64,000 bases of DNA from Heptranchias perlo. Taxonomy: Eukaryota. The position numbers and the translations under genes were made by a program. Of this stretch, positions 11,032 to 21,337 are shown piece by piece. The stretch covers positions 67,084,001-67,148,000 of the forward strand of contig NC_090335.1 of the NCBI RefSeq assembly GCF_035084215.1, read 5' to 3'. The notes below the pieces were generated by a model. The model did not search any database and was not told the DNA's origin. It worked only from the letters and a program-made list of their open reading frames with translations. Position 1 is the first letter of the stretch. Every line of letters begins with the position of its first letter.

Positions 11032-12096
11032 GGATGGGCAATAAATGCCGGCCTTGCCAGCGACGCCCATATCCCGTGAACGAATAAAAAAAAACAAAAA
11101 AAAACGCTCTGCTGCGCTGTGTTGTGCAGGATGCAGCACACCACGATTATTCTGGAGCCCCTCGCTGGCGAGAACTGAAGGGCACCCGAAGCACAACTTC
11201 AACATGTTCAATGACACAACTGGTGGTCATGTGGCTCTGGTTATATCGCTCTTGTGCCTTGTTGATGGAGTTCTTCACAGTTGTTATGTGCCATGTTTGC
11301 AGGGGGTATCCCTTGTCTCCAGTGAGCCATCCTATAAGTCTGTCTCTTTTTTTATTCGTTCATGGGATGTGGGCGTTGCTGGCGAGGCCAGCATTTATTG
11401 CCTATCCCTAATTCCCTTGAGAAGGTGGTGGTGAGCCGCCTTCTTGAACCGCTGCAGTCCGTGTGGTGATGGTTCTCCCACTGTGCTGTTAGGAAGGGAG
11501 TTCCAGGATTTTGACCCAGCGACGATGAAGGAACGACGGTATATTTCCAAGTCAGGATGGTGTGTGACTTGGAGGGGAACATGCAGGTGGTGTTGTTCCC
11601 ATGTGCCTGCTGCTCTTGTCCTTCTAGGTGGTAGAGGTCGCGGGTTTGGGAGGTGCTGTCGAAGAAGCCTTGGCGAGTTGCTGCAGTGCATCCTGTGGAT
11701 GGTACACAATACAGCCACTGTGCGCTGGTGGTGAAGGGAGTGAATGTTTAGGGTGGTGGATGGGGTGCGAATCAAGTGGGCTGCTTTGTCCTGGATGGTG
11801 TTGAGCTTATTGAGAGTTGTTGGAGCTGCACTCATCCAGGCAAGTGGAGAGTATTTCATCACACTCCTGACTTGTGCGTTGTAGATGGTGGAAAGGCTTT
11901 GGGGAGTCAGGAGGTGAGTCACTCGCCGCAGAATACCCAGCCTTTGACCTGCTCTTGTAGCCACTGTATTTATATGGCAGGTCCAGTTAAGTTTCTGGTC
12001 AATGGTGACCCCAGGATGTTGATGGTGGTGGATTCGGTGATGGTAATGCCGTTGAATGTCAAGCAGAGGCGGTTAGACTCTCTCTTGTTGGAGATG

Positions 12097-13462
12097 ATGT
12101 GGAGATGCCGGTGATGGACTGGGGTGGACAAATGTAAGGAATCTTACAACACCAGGTTATAGTCCAACAAATTTATTTTAAAATCACAAGCTTTCGGAGA
12201 TTATCTCCTTCGTCAGATGAATGAATGAAAAGGTTCTCAAATCGCATATCTTATACTAGGCTGGGACAGCATCACACCAATCAAAAGGTGTCGTTGTTAT
12301 TCAAACAGGCCAGTCACGGAGAACAGCACGTCCCAGTACACTAGATATACATTGTGTCTATTACACAGGCAGGCAGAAAGAAACTCAAAATGGCAGAGAG
12401 AGAGAGAGAGAGAGAGAGAATTTTAAAAAACATATAATTTTTCCCCCCCTTTTTGCTGGTGGGGTTACGTGTAGCGTGACATGAACCCAAGATCCCGGTT
12501 GAGGCCATCCTCATGGGTGCGGAACTTGGCTATCAACTTCTGCTCGACGATTTTGCATTGTCGTGTGTCTCGAAGGCCGCCTTGGAGAACGCTTACCCGA
12601 AGATCGGTGGCTGAATGTCCTTGACTGCTAAAGTGTTCCCCAACTGGGAGGGAACCCTCCTGTTTGGCAATTGTTGCGCGGTGTCCGTTCATCCGTTGTC
12701 GCAGCGTCTGCATGGTCTCGCCAATGTACCATGCTCCGGGGCATCCTTTCCTGCAACGTATGAGGTAAACAACGTTGGCCGAGTCACAGGAGTATGAACC
12801 ATGTACCTGGTGGGTGGTGTCCTCTCGTGTGATGGTGGTATCCGTGTCGATGATCTGGCATGTCTTGCAGAGGTTGCCGTGACCATGCAGACGCTGGGAC
12901 AACGGATGAACGGACACCGCGCAACAATCGCCAAACAGGAGGGTTCCCTCCCAGTCGGGGAACACTTTAGCAGTCAAGGACATTCAGCCACCGATCTTCG
13001 GGTAAGCGTTCTCCAAGGCGGCCTTCGAGACACACGACAACGCAAAATCGTCGAGCAGAAGTTGATAGCCAAGTTCCGCACCCATGAGGACGGCCTCAAC
13101 CGGGATCTTGGGTTCATGTCACGCTACACGTAACCCCACCAGCAAAAAGGGGGAAAAAAATTATATGTTTTTAAAAATTCTCTCTCTCTCTCTCTCTCTG
13201 CCATTTTGAGTTTCTTTCTGCCTGCCTGTGTAATAGACACAATGTATATCTAGTGTACTGGGACGTGCTGTTCTCCGTGACTGGCCTGTTTGAATAACAA
13301 CGACACCTTTTGATTGGCGTGATGCTGTCCCAACATAGTATAAGATATGCGATTTGAGAACCTTTTCATTCATTCATCTGACGAAGGAGATAATCTCCGA
13401 AAGCTTATGATTTTAAAATAAATTTGTTGGACTATAACCTGGTGTTGTAAGATTCCTTACAT
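12097..13462 (-). mobile_element. Penelope-like element fragment (GIY-YIG plus pLTR) with a ~585-bp inverted pLTR copy
   Basis: VVYLIRC…WYIGET…LRQRMNGH GIY-YIG motif on both strands; arms 12128-12717 and 12881-13466; TSD TTGTTGGAGATG (12085-12096, 13463-13474). Confidence 0.92.
13372..13412 (+). ncRNA. Minimal hammerhead ribozyme in a Penelope pLTR (mirror copy on - at 12183-12225)
   Basis: TCAT-CTGACGA-A-GGAG(ATAAT)CTCC-GAAA-GCTT-ATGA: CUGANGA and GAAA cores, stem II, palindromic stem III. Confidence 0.75.
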
Positions 13463-15073
13463 TTGTTGGAGATGGTCATTGCCTGGCACTTGTCTGGCAT
13501 GAATGTTACTTGCCACTTATGAGCCCAAGCCTGTTGTCCAGGTCTTGCTGCATGCGGGCTCGGACTGCTTCATTATTTGAGGGGTTGCGAATGGAACTGA
13601 ACACTGTGCAATCATCAGCGAACATCCCAATTTCTGACCTTATGATGGAGGGAAGGTCATTGATGAAGCAGCTGAAGATGGTTGTGCCTAGGACACTGCC
13701 CTGAGGAACTCCTGCAGCGATGTCTTGGGGCTGAGATAATTGGCCTCCAACAACCACTACCATCTTCCTTTGTGCTGGGTATGACTCCAGCCACTGGAGA
13801 ATTTGCCCCCTGATTTCCATTGATTTCAATTTTACTCGGGCTTCTTGGTGCTACACTCGGTCAAATGCTGCCTTGATGTCAAGGGCAGTCATTCTCACCG
13901 CACCTCTAGAATTCCGCTCTTTTGTCCATATTTGGACCAAGGCTGTAATAGGGTCTGGAGCCGAACGGTCCTGGCGGAACCCAAACTGAGCATTGGTGAG
14001 CAGGTTATTGGTGAGTAAGTGCCACTTGATAGCACTGTCGACGCCACCTTCATCACTTTGCTGATGATTGAGAGTAGACTGATGGGGCGGTAATTGGCCG
14101 GATTGGATTTGTCCTGCTTTTTGTGGACAGGACATACCTGGGCAATTTTCCACATTGTCGGGTAGATGCCAGTGTTGTAGCTGTACTGCAACAGCTGTTT
14201 GGAAGAGGTCTGGAATGTTGGACAGGCGCAGAATGAATGCATCATGACAGCTGCCAGGGAATCTGGCGCATACCTGCATAAATCTCTTCTTGTGGTTGCA
14301 CACCAGCATTGTGCATTGATGGAGTGGAAGCTCTATTGGTTGATGAAGACTCCTCCTTCATGTGGTGTTCTTCGGATTGCCACGTGTGTTCAATTGATTG
14401 CGCCCTGCACCCGTGGGAAGCCAGCTGGAGAGGTGAAACCCACTGCCCAATCATTCTGGCTATTGTCGTCGTGGGGGAAGTTCATGTAATGGGAAGCCCT
14501 GGTGTCGAAACTTAACACTTCCACACTGGCCAACAGCCTATCCATCACCTTCCTTATACATTTATGTTCAGATGACTGACACACCCTGGAGATGTCTCTG
14601 GTGACGCCCTGAAAGGATCCAGAGGTAAAGAAATTGAGGGCAGTGGTGACTTTCACTGCGACGGGCAGTGCGTGGCCACCAGATCCAGGACGGAGCAAAT
14701 CTTCCTCAAGGAGGCTGCAGATATCTGCGACCACCTGCCGACTCAATCTTGCCTGCAAAGGCACTGCTCCTCAGAGAGGTCCAGGAAGCTCAGCCTCTGT
14801 CTGTATACCCCTTCAAGTGGGTAGTGCCTTCTATGTCGTCGGCCCCTCTGTTGCTCTTCTCTCTGCTGTTCTCCACTCAGCTCTTCTCTCTGGTGTTCTC
14901 CAGATCTGTGTTGTGCAGCTCTCTCTTGTGCACCTGCAGATCCCACCACAGCACAAAATGGCTGCCTTGGATGGTCATTTTCCGCCTCCTCAGATGTTCT
15001 CTTGAATACATCCATTGCGCCCCTCCATCCTGATCTTGTCAGTTTGAAGGGCTCCAAAGATTTTCTAAAGCTG

Positions 15074-15513
15074 TCTCAACACAAGAACTCTCAGTCTCAA
15101 CACAAGAACTCTCAGTCTCAACACAGGAACTCTCAGTCTCAACACAAGAACTCTCAGTCTCAACACAAGAACTCTCAGTCTCAACACAAGAACTCTCAGT
15201 CTCAACACAAGAACTCTCAGTCTCAACACAAGAACTCTCAGTCTCAACACAAGAACTCTCAGTCTCAACACAAGAACTCTCAGTCTCAACACAAGAACTC
15301 TCAGTCTCAACACAAGAACTCTTAGTCTCAACACAAGAACTCTCAGTCTCAACACAAGAACTCTTAGTCTCAACACAAGAACTCTCAGTCTCAACACAAG
15401 AACTCTTAGTCTCAACACAGGAACTCTCAGTCTCAACACAGGAACTCTCAGTCTCAACACAGGAACTCTCAGTCTCAACACAAGAACTCTCAGTCTCAAC
15501 ACAAGAACTCTCA
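15074..15513. repeat. 21-bp minisatellite (TCTCAACACAAGAACTCTCAG) x about 21, upstream of the transposase
   Basis: Direct tandem repeats. Confidence 0.97.
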
Positions 15514-15910
15514 GCCAAACGCTTGCCTGACAGAACTGAGAGACCAGTTGCAATAACTGACCTTTTATTCAGATGGAGCAATCACAGGTTTAAAAACCCA
15601 AATTAACTGCAGCTGAATCTTGCCTCCATTTCACTGGCGAGATTCAAAAGCCCCGGCAAACCCATCCTGGAGACATTGATTCTGAAACTGATTCCAATTT
15701 AATTTAGAAAAAAACTATCTCAAGTATCTCAACTAGGTAAATTGCCCTGCTAACGATTCTGCCTGCCGGCGGTAATTGGGGGCGCGACATACGCGCATCC
15801 AAACGCGCCCACGTTGGAGCTGGGTTCCGGATGCGATCGCAAAAACTGGTATTTTCACCTCCCACCCGACTCCAACCCACCCGTTCTCAGGGGGTTAAAA
15901 TTCCCCCTGT

Positions 15911-16390
15911 GTTTCTTTGGCCTTTACTCTTTTTAACCAGATTCACAAGCACTCAGACCTCACATTGGTTGCACATTGTTTGGTACCACTAAAAATGATA
16001 GCTTCTATTTGATGTGCTTACACGTGATGTTGGCAACAATTTGTCACTTTTATCTTAGTCTCCTGCAATTTAGTTTTATGCTGTTTCTTTGAAATGACAG
16101 TCATTTGTGCTCCTCTATCATGCGGCTCTTTCACTCACTACTAAGGGTAGTACCTGATTTCCTGCCATTTGCTGCATTGTAGCTACTATACTACGTTAAG
16201 ATTGTTCAAGAGACTTTTCTTTTATAGCACAACTTTTGGTTTTAAATAAGTTTATTAATTCTACACCCACGTTTTTTGCTTTCCTGAGTTTGCCTATTTT
16301 GAGTGTATTTTTATTTTTGTGGTTATAGTTTTAAATGGCTATCCCATCAATTCTTGCTAATTTGCTCTTTGTATCCACTTTTTCAATTTT
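15911..16390 (-). pseudogene. Gypsy protease-region remnant, continuing the element split by the Harbinger
   Basis: Minus-strand KVDT (DTG-like) and GLSACE (PILGLSACE-type) motifs in the expected order upstream of RT. Confidence 0.5.
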
Positions 16391-16399
16391 CTCCCCTCC

Positions 16400-17170
16400 T
16401 CCCCTGAAAGAATTGCTTCTTGCTGGGGTATGGTTCCATAGATGCTGGCAGGACTCCAACACCTCACCCAAGAGACCATCGAGCTACTTAATCATGGGAG
16501 CATCACAGCCAAGCCTGACCCTGTCCTTACCTGACATCCGTGCCTATACACTTTACATCAGAGGTCACCAAATATTGACCTTTATGGGCACTGAGGGAAA
16601 CTAGTGTTGCACGACTGCCCTGACTGTGCCAGATAGCACAAACCAGGGATCAACCTGTTGTTTTCCTATCTTATAATTGGTTTATATCTTAACCCTTTGG
16701 AGTCCAGTACCATATAAACCAATTTTTTTCCTGGACTAACTCTCTTATTCTCCTGTGCCCTGCTCCATTCAAAGAACAGGAACTGAACTGAGAGGAAATT
16801 ACAGTTATCTGGGTTTAGGGGCTACTTATTTTTTTTCTGCATGGACTATATTCCAGGGCCAGTATGTCCATTTTATTTAGGGCATTGGTTCCAAAGGTAG
16901 GGATACAATGAGCTGCATCTTCAGGCTTCAAGCAAAAGGAAGCACAGCTGCAAATTCAATGTGGGACCCACTGATAACTCCATTTTCTCTCCTCTCTTCC
17001 TGAAGATGTTGACTCTTGCTGGGGTATGGTTCCGTGCACATTGGCAGCGTTCCAGCAGCTCACTCAAACGTCCATTCTTCATGCGGAAGCCTAGACTGTG
17101 AGCCCTCCAATATTCCTCAGCCTAACTATCCAGGCCGTGACTGATACTGAAGCATTAGTCTGAAGAAAAA
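16400..17170 (-). mobile_element. Two AmnSINE2-like fragments (about 16400-16660 and 16990-17170)
   Basis: Both contain CTTGCTGGGGTATGGTTCC; reverse-complement similarity to 61400-61790. Confidence 0.55.
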
Positions 17171-17747
17171 GGGACGGAGGCCCATAATGCCAGGTAATTG
17201 CCCCATACATTTCTCCTGATATCAAGGGTGGGAGTGAGAGCAGAGTGTACGAGTCTGACAGCAGCATACAAATCATATTTAAATGACACAATAGTATTGT
17301 AAAAATGGCGCTCAGGTTCTGCTGGGTGGGGGAGGGGTCATATAGAGGGCATTGCTGCGCTTGAAAACAGAAGTCATTTAAAGGGAGTGCCAACAACAGT
17401 TTGTTTTAAAGTCTGAAAGAGATAGCAAATTAACCAAAGATTTGTGCTGCAGCCATCCTTCAGTGTGTGGGACCAGGTGATTAATACGATGGTTTGGGGG
17501 GCCATTTGTTGCCTGATGCCATTGCCCTGACACAAAGGGAGTTCCCTAGGGGGCTCTGTTGCATGTGTGGAAAAAGAAGAGAATGGTGATCAGGAGTTGC
17601 AGAAAGCAAGAGAGGTCCCGCAACAATGGAAGAGGTGGGCTCTTAACCACAAATATCCAGCCAACTGAATGTAATTGTGCCCTATGCAATTATCCAGTCT
17701 TTATAGAGGAGCAATGCATTTGCAGGCTCAGATTCACCAGGGACCTA

Positions 17748-19638
17748 GTTACTGAGAGGGGTAAGAGGTGTATCAGCAAGTGTTATTGAGCGAGGTCTAA
17801 GGTGTATCAGCAAGTGTTACTGAGAGAGGTGTGAGGTGTATCAGTAAGTGTTACTGAGAGAGGTGTCAGGTGTATCAGTAAGTGTTACTGGGAGAGGTGT
17901 CAGGTGTATCAGTAAGTGTTACTGGGAGAGGTGTGAGCTATATCAGTGTTACTGAGAGAGGTGTGAGGTGTGTCAGTAAGTGTTACTGAGAGAGGTGTGA
18001 GGTGTGTCAGTGTTGCTGAGAGAGGTGTGAGGTGTATCAGTGTTACTGAGAGAGGTGTGTCAGTAAGTGTTACTGAGAGAGGTGTGAGGTGTATCAGTGT
18101 TGCTGAGAGAGGTGTGAGGTGTGTCAGTGTTACTGAGAGAGGTGTGTCAGTAAGTGTTACTGAGAGAGGTGTGAGGTGTATCAGTGTTACTGAGAGAGGT
18201 GTGAGGTGTATCAGCAAGCGTTACTGAGGTGCGCGGTGTATCAGCAGGCGTTACTGAGGTGCGCGGTGTATCAGCAAGCGTTACTGAGGTGCGCGGTGTA
18301 TCAGCAAGCGTTACTGAGGTGCGCGGTGTATCAGCAAGCGTTACTGAGGTGCGCGGTGTATCAGCAGGCGTTACTGAGGTGCGCGGTGTATCAGCAGGCG
18401 TTACTGAGGTGCGCGGTGTATCAGCAGGCGTTACTGGGGTGCGCGGTGTATCAGCAAGCGTTACTGAGGTGCGCGGTGTATCAGCAGGCGTTACTGAGGT
18501 GCGCGGTGTATCAGCAAGCGTTACTGAGGTGCGCGGTGTATCAGCAGGTGTTACTGAGGTGTGAGATGTATCAGCAAGCGTTACTGGGGTGCGCGGTGTA
18601 TCAGCAAGCGTTACTGAGGTGCGCGGTGTATCAGCAAGCGTTACTGGGGTGCAGGGTGTATCAGCAAGCGTTACTGGGGTGCAGGGTGTATCAGCAAGCG
18701 TTACTGGGGTGCGCGGTGTATCAGCAAGCGTTACTGAGGTGCGCGGTGTATCAGCAAGCGTTACTGAGGTGCGCGGTGTATCAGCAAGCGTTACTGAGGT
18801 GCGCGGTGTATCAGCAGGCGTGACTGAGGTGCGCGGTGTATCAGCAAGCGTTACTGGGGTGCAGGGTGTATCAGCAAGCGTTACTGGGGTGCAGGGTGTA
18901 TCAGCAAGCGTTACTGGGGTGCAGGGTGTATCAGCAGGCGTTACTGGGGTGCAGGGTGTATCAGCAAGCGTTACTGGGGTGCAGGGTGTATCAGCAAGCG
19001 TTACTGGGGTGCAGGGTGTATCAGCAGGCGTTACTGGGGTGCAGGGTGTATCAGCAAGCGTTACTGGGGTGCAGGGTGTATCAGCAAGCGTTACTGAGGT
19101 GCGCGGTGTATCAGCAGGTGTTACTGAGGTGCGCGGTGTATCAGCAAGCGTTACTGGGGTGCAGGGTGTATCAGCAGGCGTTACTGGGGTGCAGGGTGTA
19201 TCAGCAAGCGTTACTGAGGTGCGCGGTGTATCAGCAAGCGTTACTGAGGTGCGCGGTGTATCAGCAAGCGTTACTGAGGTGCGCGGTGTATCAGCAGGCG
19301 TTACTGGGGTGCAGGGTGTATCAGCAGGCGTTACTGAGGTGTGAGGTGTATCAGCAAGCGTTACTGAGGTGCGCTGTGTATCAGCAAGCGTTACTGAGGT
19401 GCGCGGTGTATCAGCAAGCGTTACTGAGGTGCGCGGTGTATCAGCAGGCGTTACTGAGGTGCGCGGTGTATCAGCAGGCGTTACTGAGGTGCGCGGTGTA
19501 TCAGCAAGCGTTACTGGGGTGCGCGGTGTATCAGCAAGCGTTACTGGGGTGCGCGGTGTATCAGCAAGCGTTACTGAGGTGCGCGGTGTATCAGCAGGCG
19601 TTACTGAGTTGCGCGGTGTATCAGCAGGCGTTACTGGG
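17748..19638. repeat. Minisatellite: 28-32-bp variable units to ~18205, then homogeneous 30-bp units (GTTACTGAGGTGCGCGGTGTATCAGCAAGC)
   Basis: Direct tandem repeats. Confidence 0.97.
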
Positions 19639-20349
19639 AACATCAGTAGCATCAGTTATTAGCGGTGTATCTTCACTTAAAGCAGGTGACTGATGCATTG
19701 TTTGTCAGAACTAAAAAGTCATCACTTTTCCCCATGGGCAAAAGAGTGGAGGGGGAGGGGAGAATACTTGGTGTTTTCTCAAACGGTGGTTTTCCTCAAG
19801 ATCCAGGGTGTCATTGATGGCGCATATATAACCCAAACATGGTCCAGTCAACAACAGTACCTCATACATGAATTGTCAAGGATTCCATTCAATCAACATA
19901 CAGTGTGACCAGTAGTACAGAATAATACAGTGTGAATGCCCTCTTTGTTGATAGCAGCTGCTGACAGTTGTATTTTATTTTGGCCCATCATGCCCACTTT
20001 GTTTGCTGATAACCAGCAGGTCGGTGGGGGGAGTGTTGGCTGCTGGGTGACCAAAGTTACCCAGTGCAAATTTGGCTGATGACCCCTCCGTTGCATCCAA
20101 TTACAGCAATGGAACAAAGATACAACAAGGGAAGGCCTCTGTCAGATGCATTATCCAGCACGCCATAGATAGATAAAACAATGGTTCCAGTGCCTCGAGA
20201 GGTTATGTGTGCCCATCAGTATGACCCAAAGTTTCAAGCATTACCATGGTCTGCTGCATTCTTCAGAACCTCGGCATTGAAAGGTGCGTCTACATGGAGC
20301 CCTTTGGTGCAAGGGCCCTTCGACGAACAGGTGGAGGATGTCACTGGAG

Positions 20350-20772
20350 TCTAAAGAGGTTTGTGTTCCCTTGAATGTAGAAGATTATGGGGTGACCTAA
20401 TTGAGGTGATTAAGATGATTAAAGGAGTTGATAGGGTAGATCGAGAGAAACTATTTCTTCTGGTGGGGGAATCCAAAATAAAGGAGAATAACCTTAAAAT
20501 TAGAGCTAGGCCGTTCAGGGGTGATGTCAGGAAGCACTTCTTCACACAAAATGTAATGGAGATCTGGAACTTTCTCCCCCAAAAGCTGTTGAGGCTGGGG
20601 GTTAATTGAAAATTTCAAAACTGAGATTGAGAGATTTTTGTTAGGTAAGGGTATTAAGGGTTACGGAATCAAGACAGGTAGATGCAGTTAAGATACAGAT
20701 TAACCATGATCTAATTGAATGGTGAATCAGGCTCGAGGGCTAAATGGTCTACTCCTGTTCCTATATTCCTAG
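20350..20772 (+). mobile_element. CR1 (HER1-type) LINE 3' fragment
   Basis: RRLWGDLIEVIKMIKG…RKHFFTQ; CR1 3' UTR hairpin and tail. Confidence 0.9.
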
Positions 20773-21337
20773 AATGCAGCACAGCATGTGCCATTCAGCA
20801 GAATTTGATCGAGGAGACTTTTTCCTAATGATCCCCCTCCACAACTTCCATTTCAAGTGCTCCCTATATCTTTCCCTTTGCTCTGGAATGAATAAATATT
20901 CCCAACATTTCCAATGCCATTGTCTCTGTATAAAAGGCAGATCATTCCTCGGCAAGGTATATATTGTTCCCAGGCCAGCAAATAACAAACTTGTAGATGA
21001 AAGCTGCTAAGGCAAGACAAACATCTTTCATTTCCCAGCATGTACTGTGACTGTAATGTCGCTGCCTGTCCCCATGGTGTTTCACCCTTTCCAGTAGTGT
21101 GTGTGCACGCTGCGATGTTGAAAGTACTCATGCTTCGCCTGTGCCCCGAGCCTGTTGTGTGGTCGGTAGCTGAGTTTTTCTGATGAAATTGTAGGCTGAG
21201 TACTGGCATTTATGAATAGCACATAGAGTGAAGGAACCTGAATCAGGGCCTGAGTACTGACCTTAAGGGGCGTCACACCCGGGACTGATCCTGCCCTATA
21301 AGTCAATATTTAATTAGCCTTTACTCCCATTGGGGAA

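Larger units (their letters stand above)
7738..11104 (+). mobile_element. Full-length single-ORF non-LTR retrotransposon (CR1-group APE-RT) with tRNA-derived 5' head and A-rich tail
   Basis: Inserted into the Harbinger transposase C-terminus, which defines both ends; tRNA-like head at 7738, ORF to 11031, A tail 11086-11104. Confidence 0.93.
11347..14196 (-). mobile_element. 5'-truncated copy of the same LINE family, inserted in the Harbinger transposase and interrupted by a Penelope
   Basis: ORF fragments 11395-11964, 13506-13829, 13851-14245 match the 8251 ORF; T-run tail at 11347. Confidence 0.95.
7560..15057 (-). pseudogene. Harbinger (HARBI1-like) DDE transposase in three pieces: 14197-15057, 11105-11345, 7560-7737
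   Basis: LSEEQCL-RLSRQVVADIC, LPVAVKVTTALNFFTSGSFQ, GFPRVQGAI, ARFPGSCHDAFIL, GDKGYP, YNQSH, CCILHN, acidic tail. Confidence 0.9.
5270..15907. mobile_element. PIF/Harbinger DNA transposon (two convergent genes), decayed, with nested LINEs, a Penelope and a minisatellite
   Basis: Imperfect TIRs (AGGCATGATTTTGACC / GGTTAAAATTCCCCC); 3-bp TSD TGT (5267-5269, 15908-15910); Myb/SANT gene on +, DDE transposase on -; Gypsy pol continues on both flanks. Confidence 0.85.
17250..21320 (+). mobile_element. Highly decayed Harbinger element (transposase on +) split by a minisatellite and a CR1 fragment
   Basis: EEQCICRLRFTRDLVTE before the array; VTGNISSIS and KIQGVIDG after it; boundaries approximate. 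Confidence 0.6.

Noticed and set aside
13851-14309. Transposase-RT fusion ORF
   Set aside because: Junction of a truncated LINE inserted in the transposase; frameshifted and not a coherent protein.
7560-15057. Domesticated host HARBI1/NAIF1-type genes
   Set aside because: Frameshifts, stops, nested insertions, and flanking TIRs/TSD show a dead transposon.
15002-15581. ORFs of HKNSQSQ / VETESSC / LRLRVLV repeats
   Set aside because: Translations of a 21-bp tandem repeat.
17909-19693. Long repetitive ORFs (501, 285, 251 aa)
   Set aside because: By-products of a 30-bp minisatellite open in several frames on both strands; no splice or gene context.
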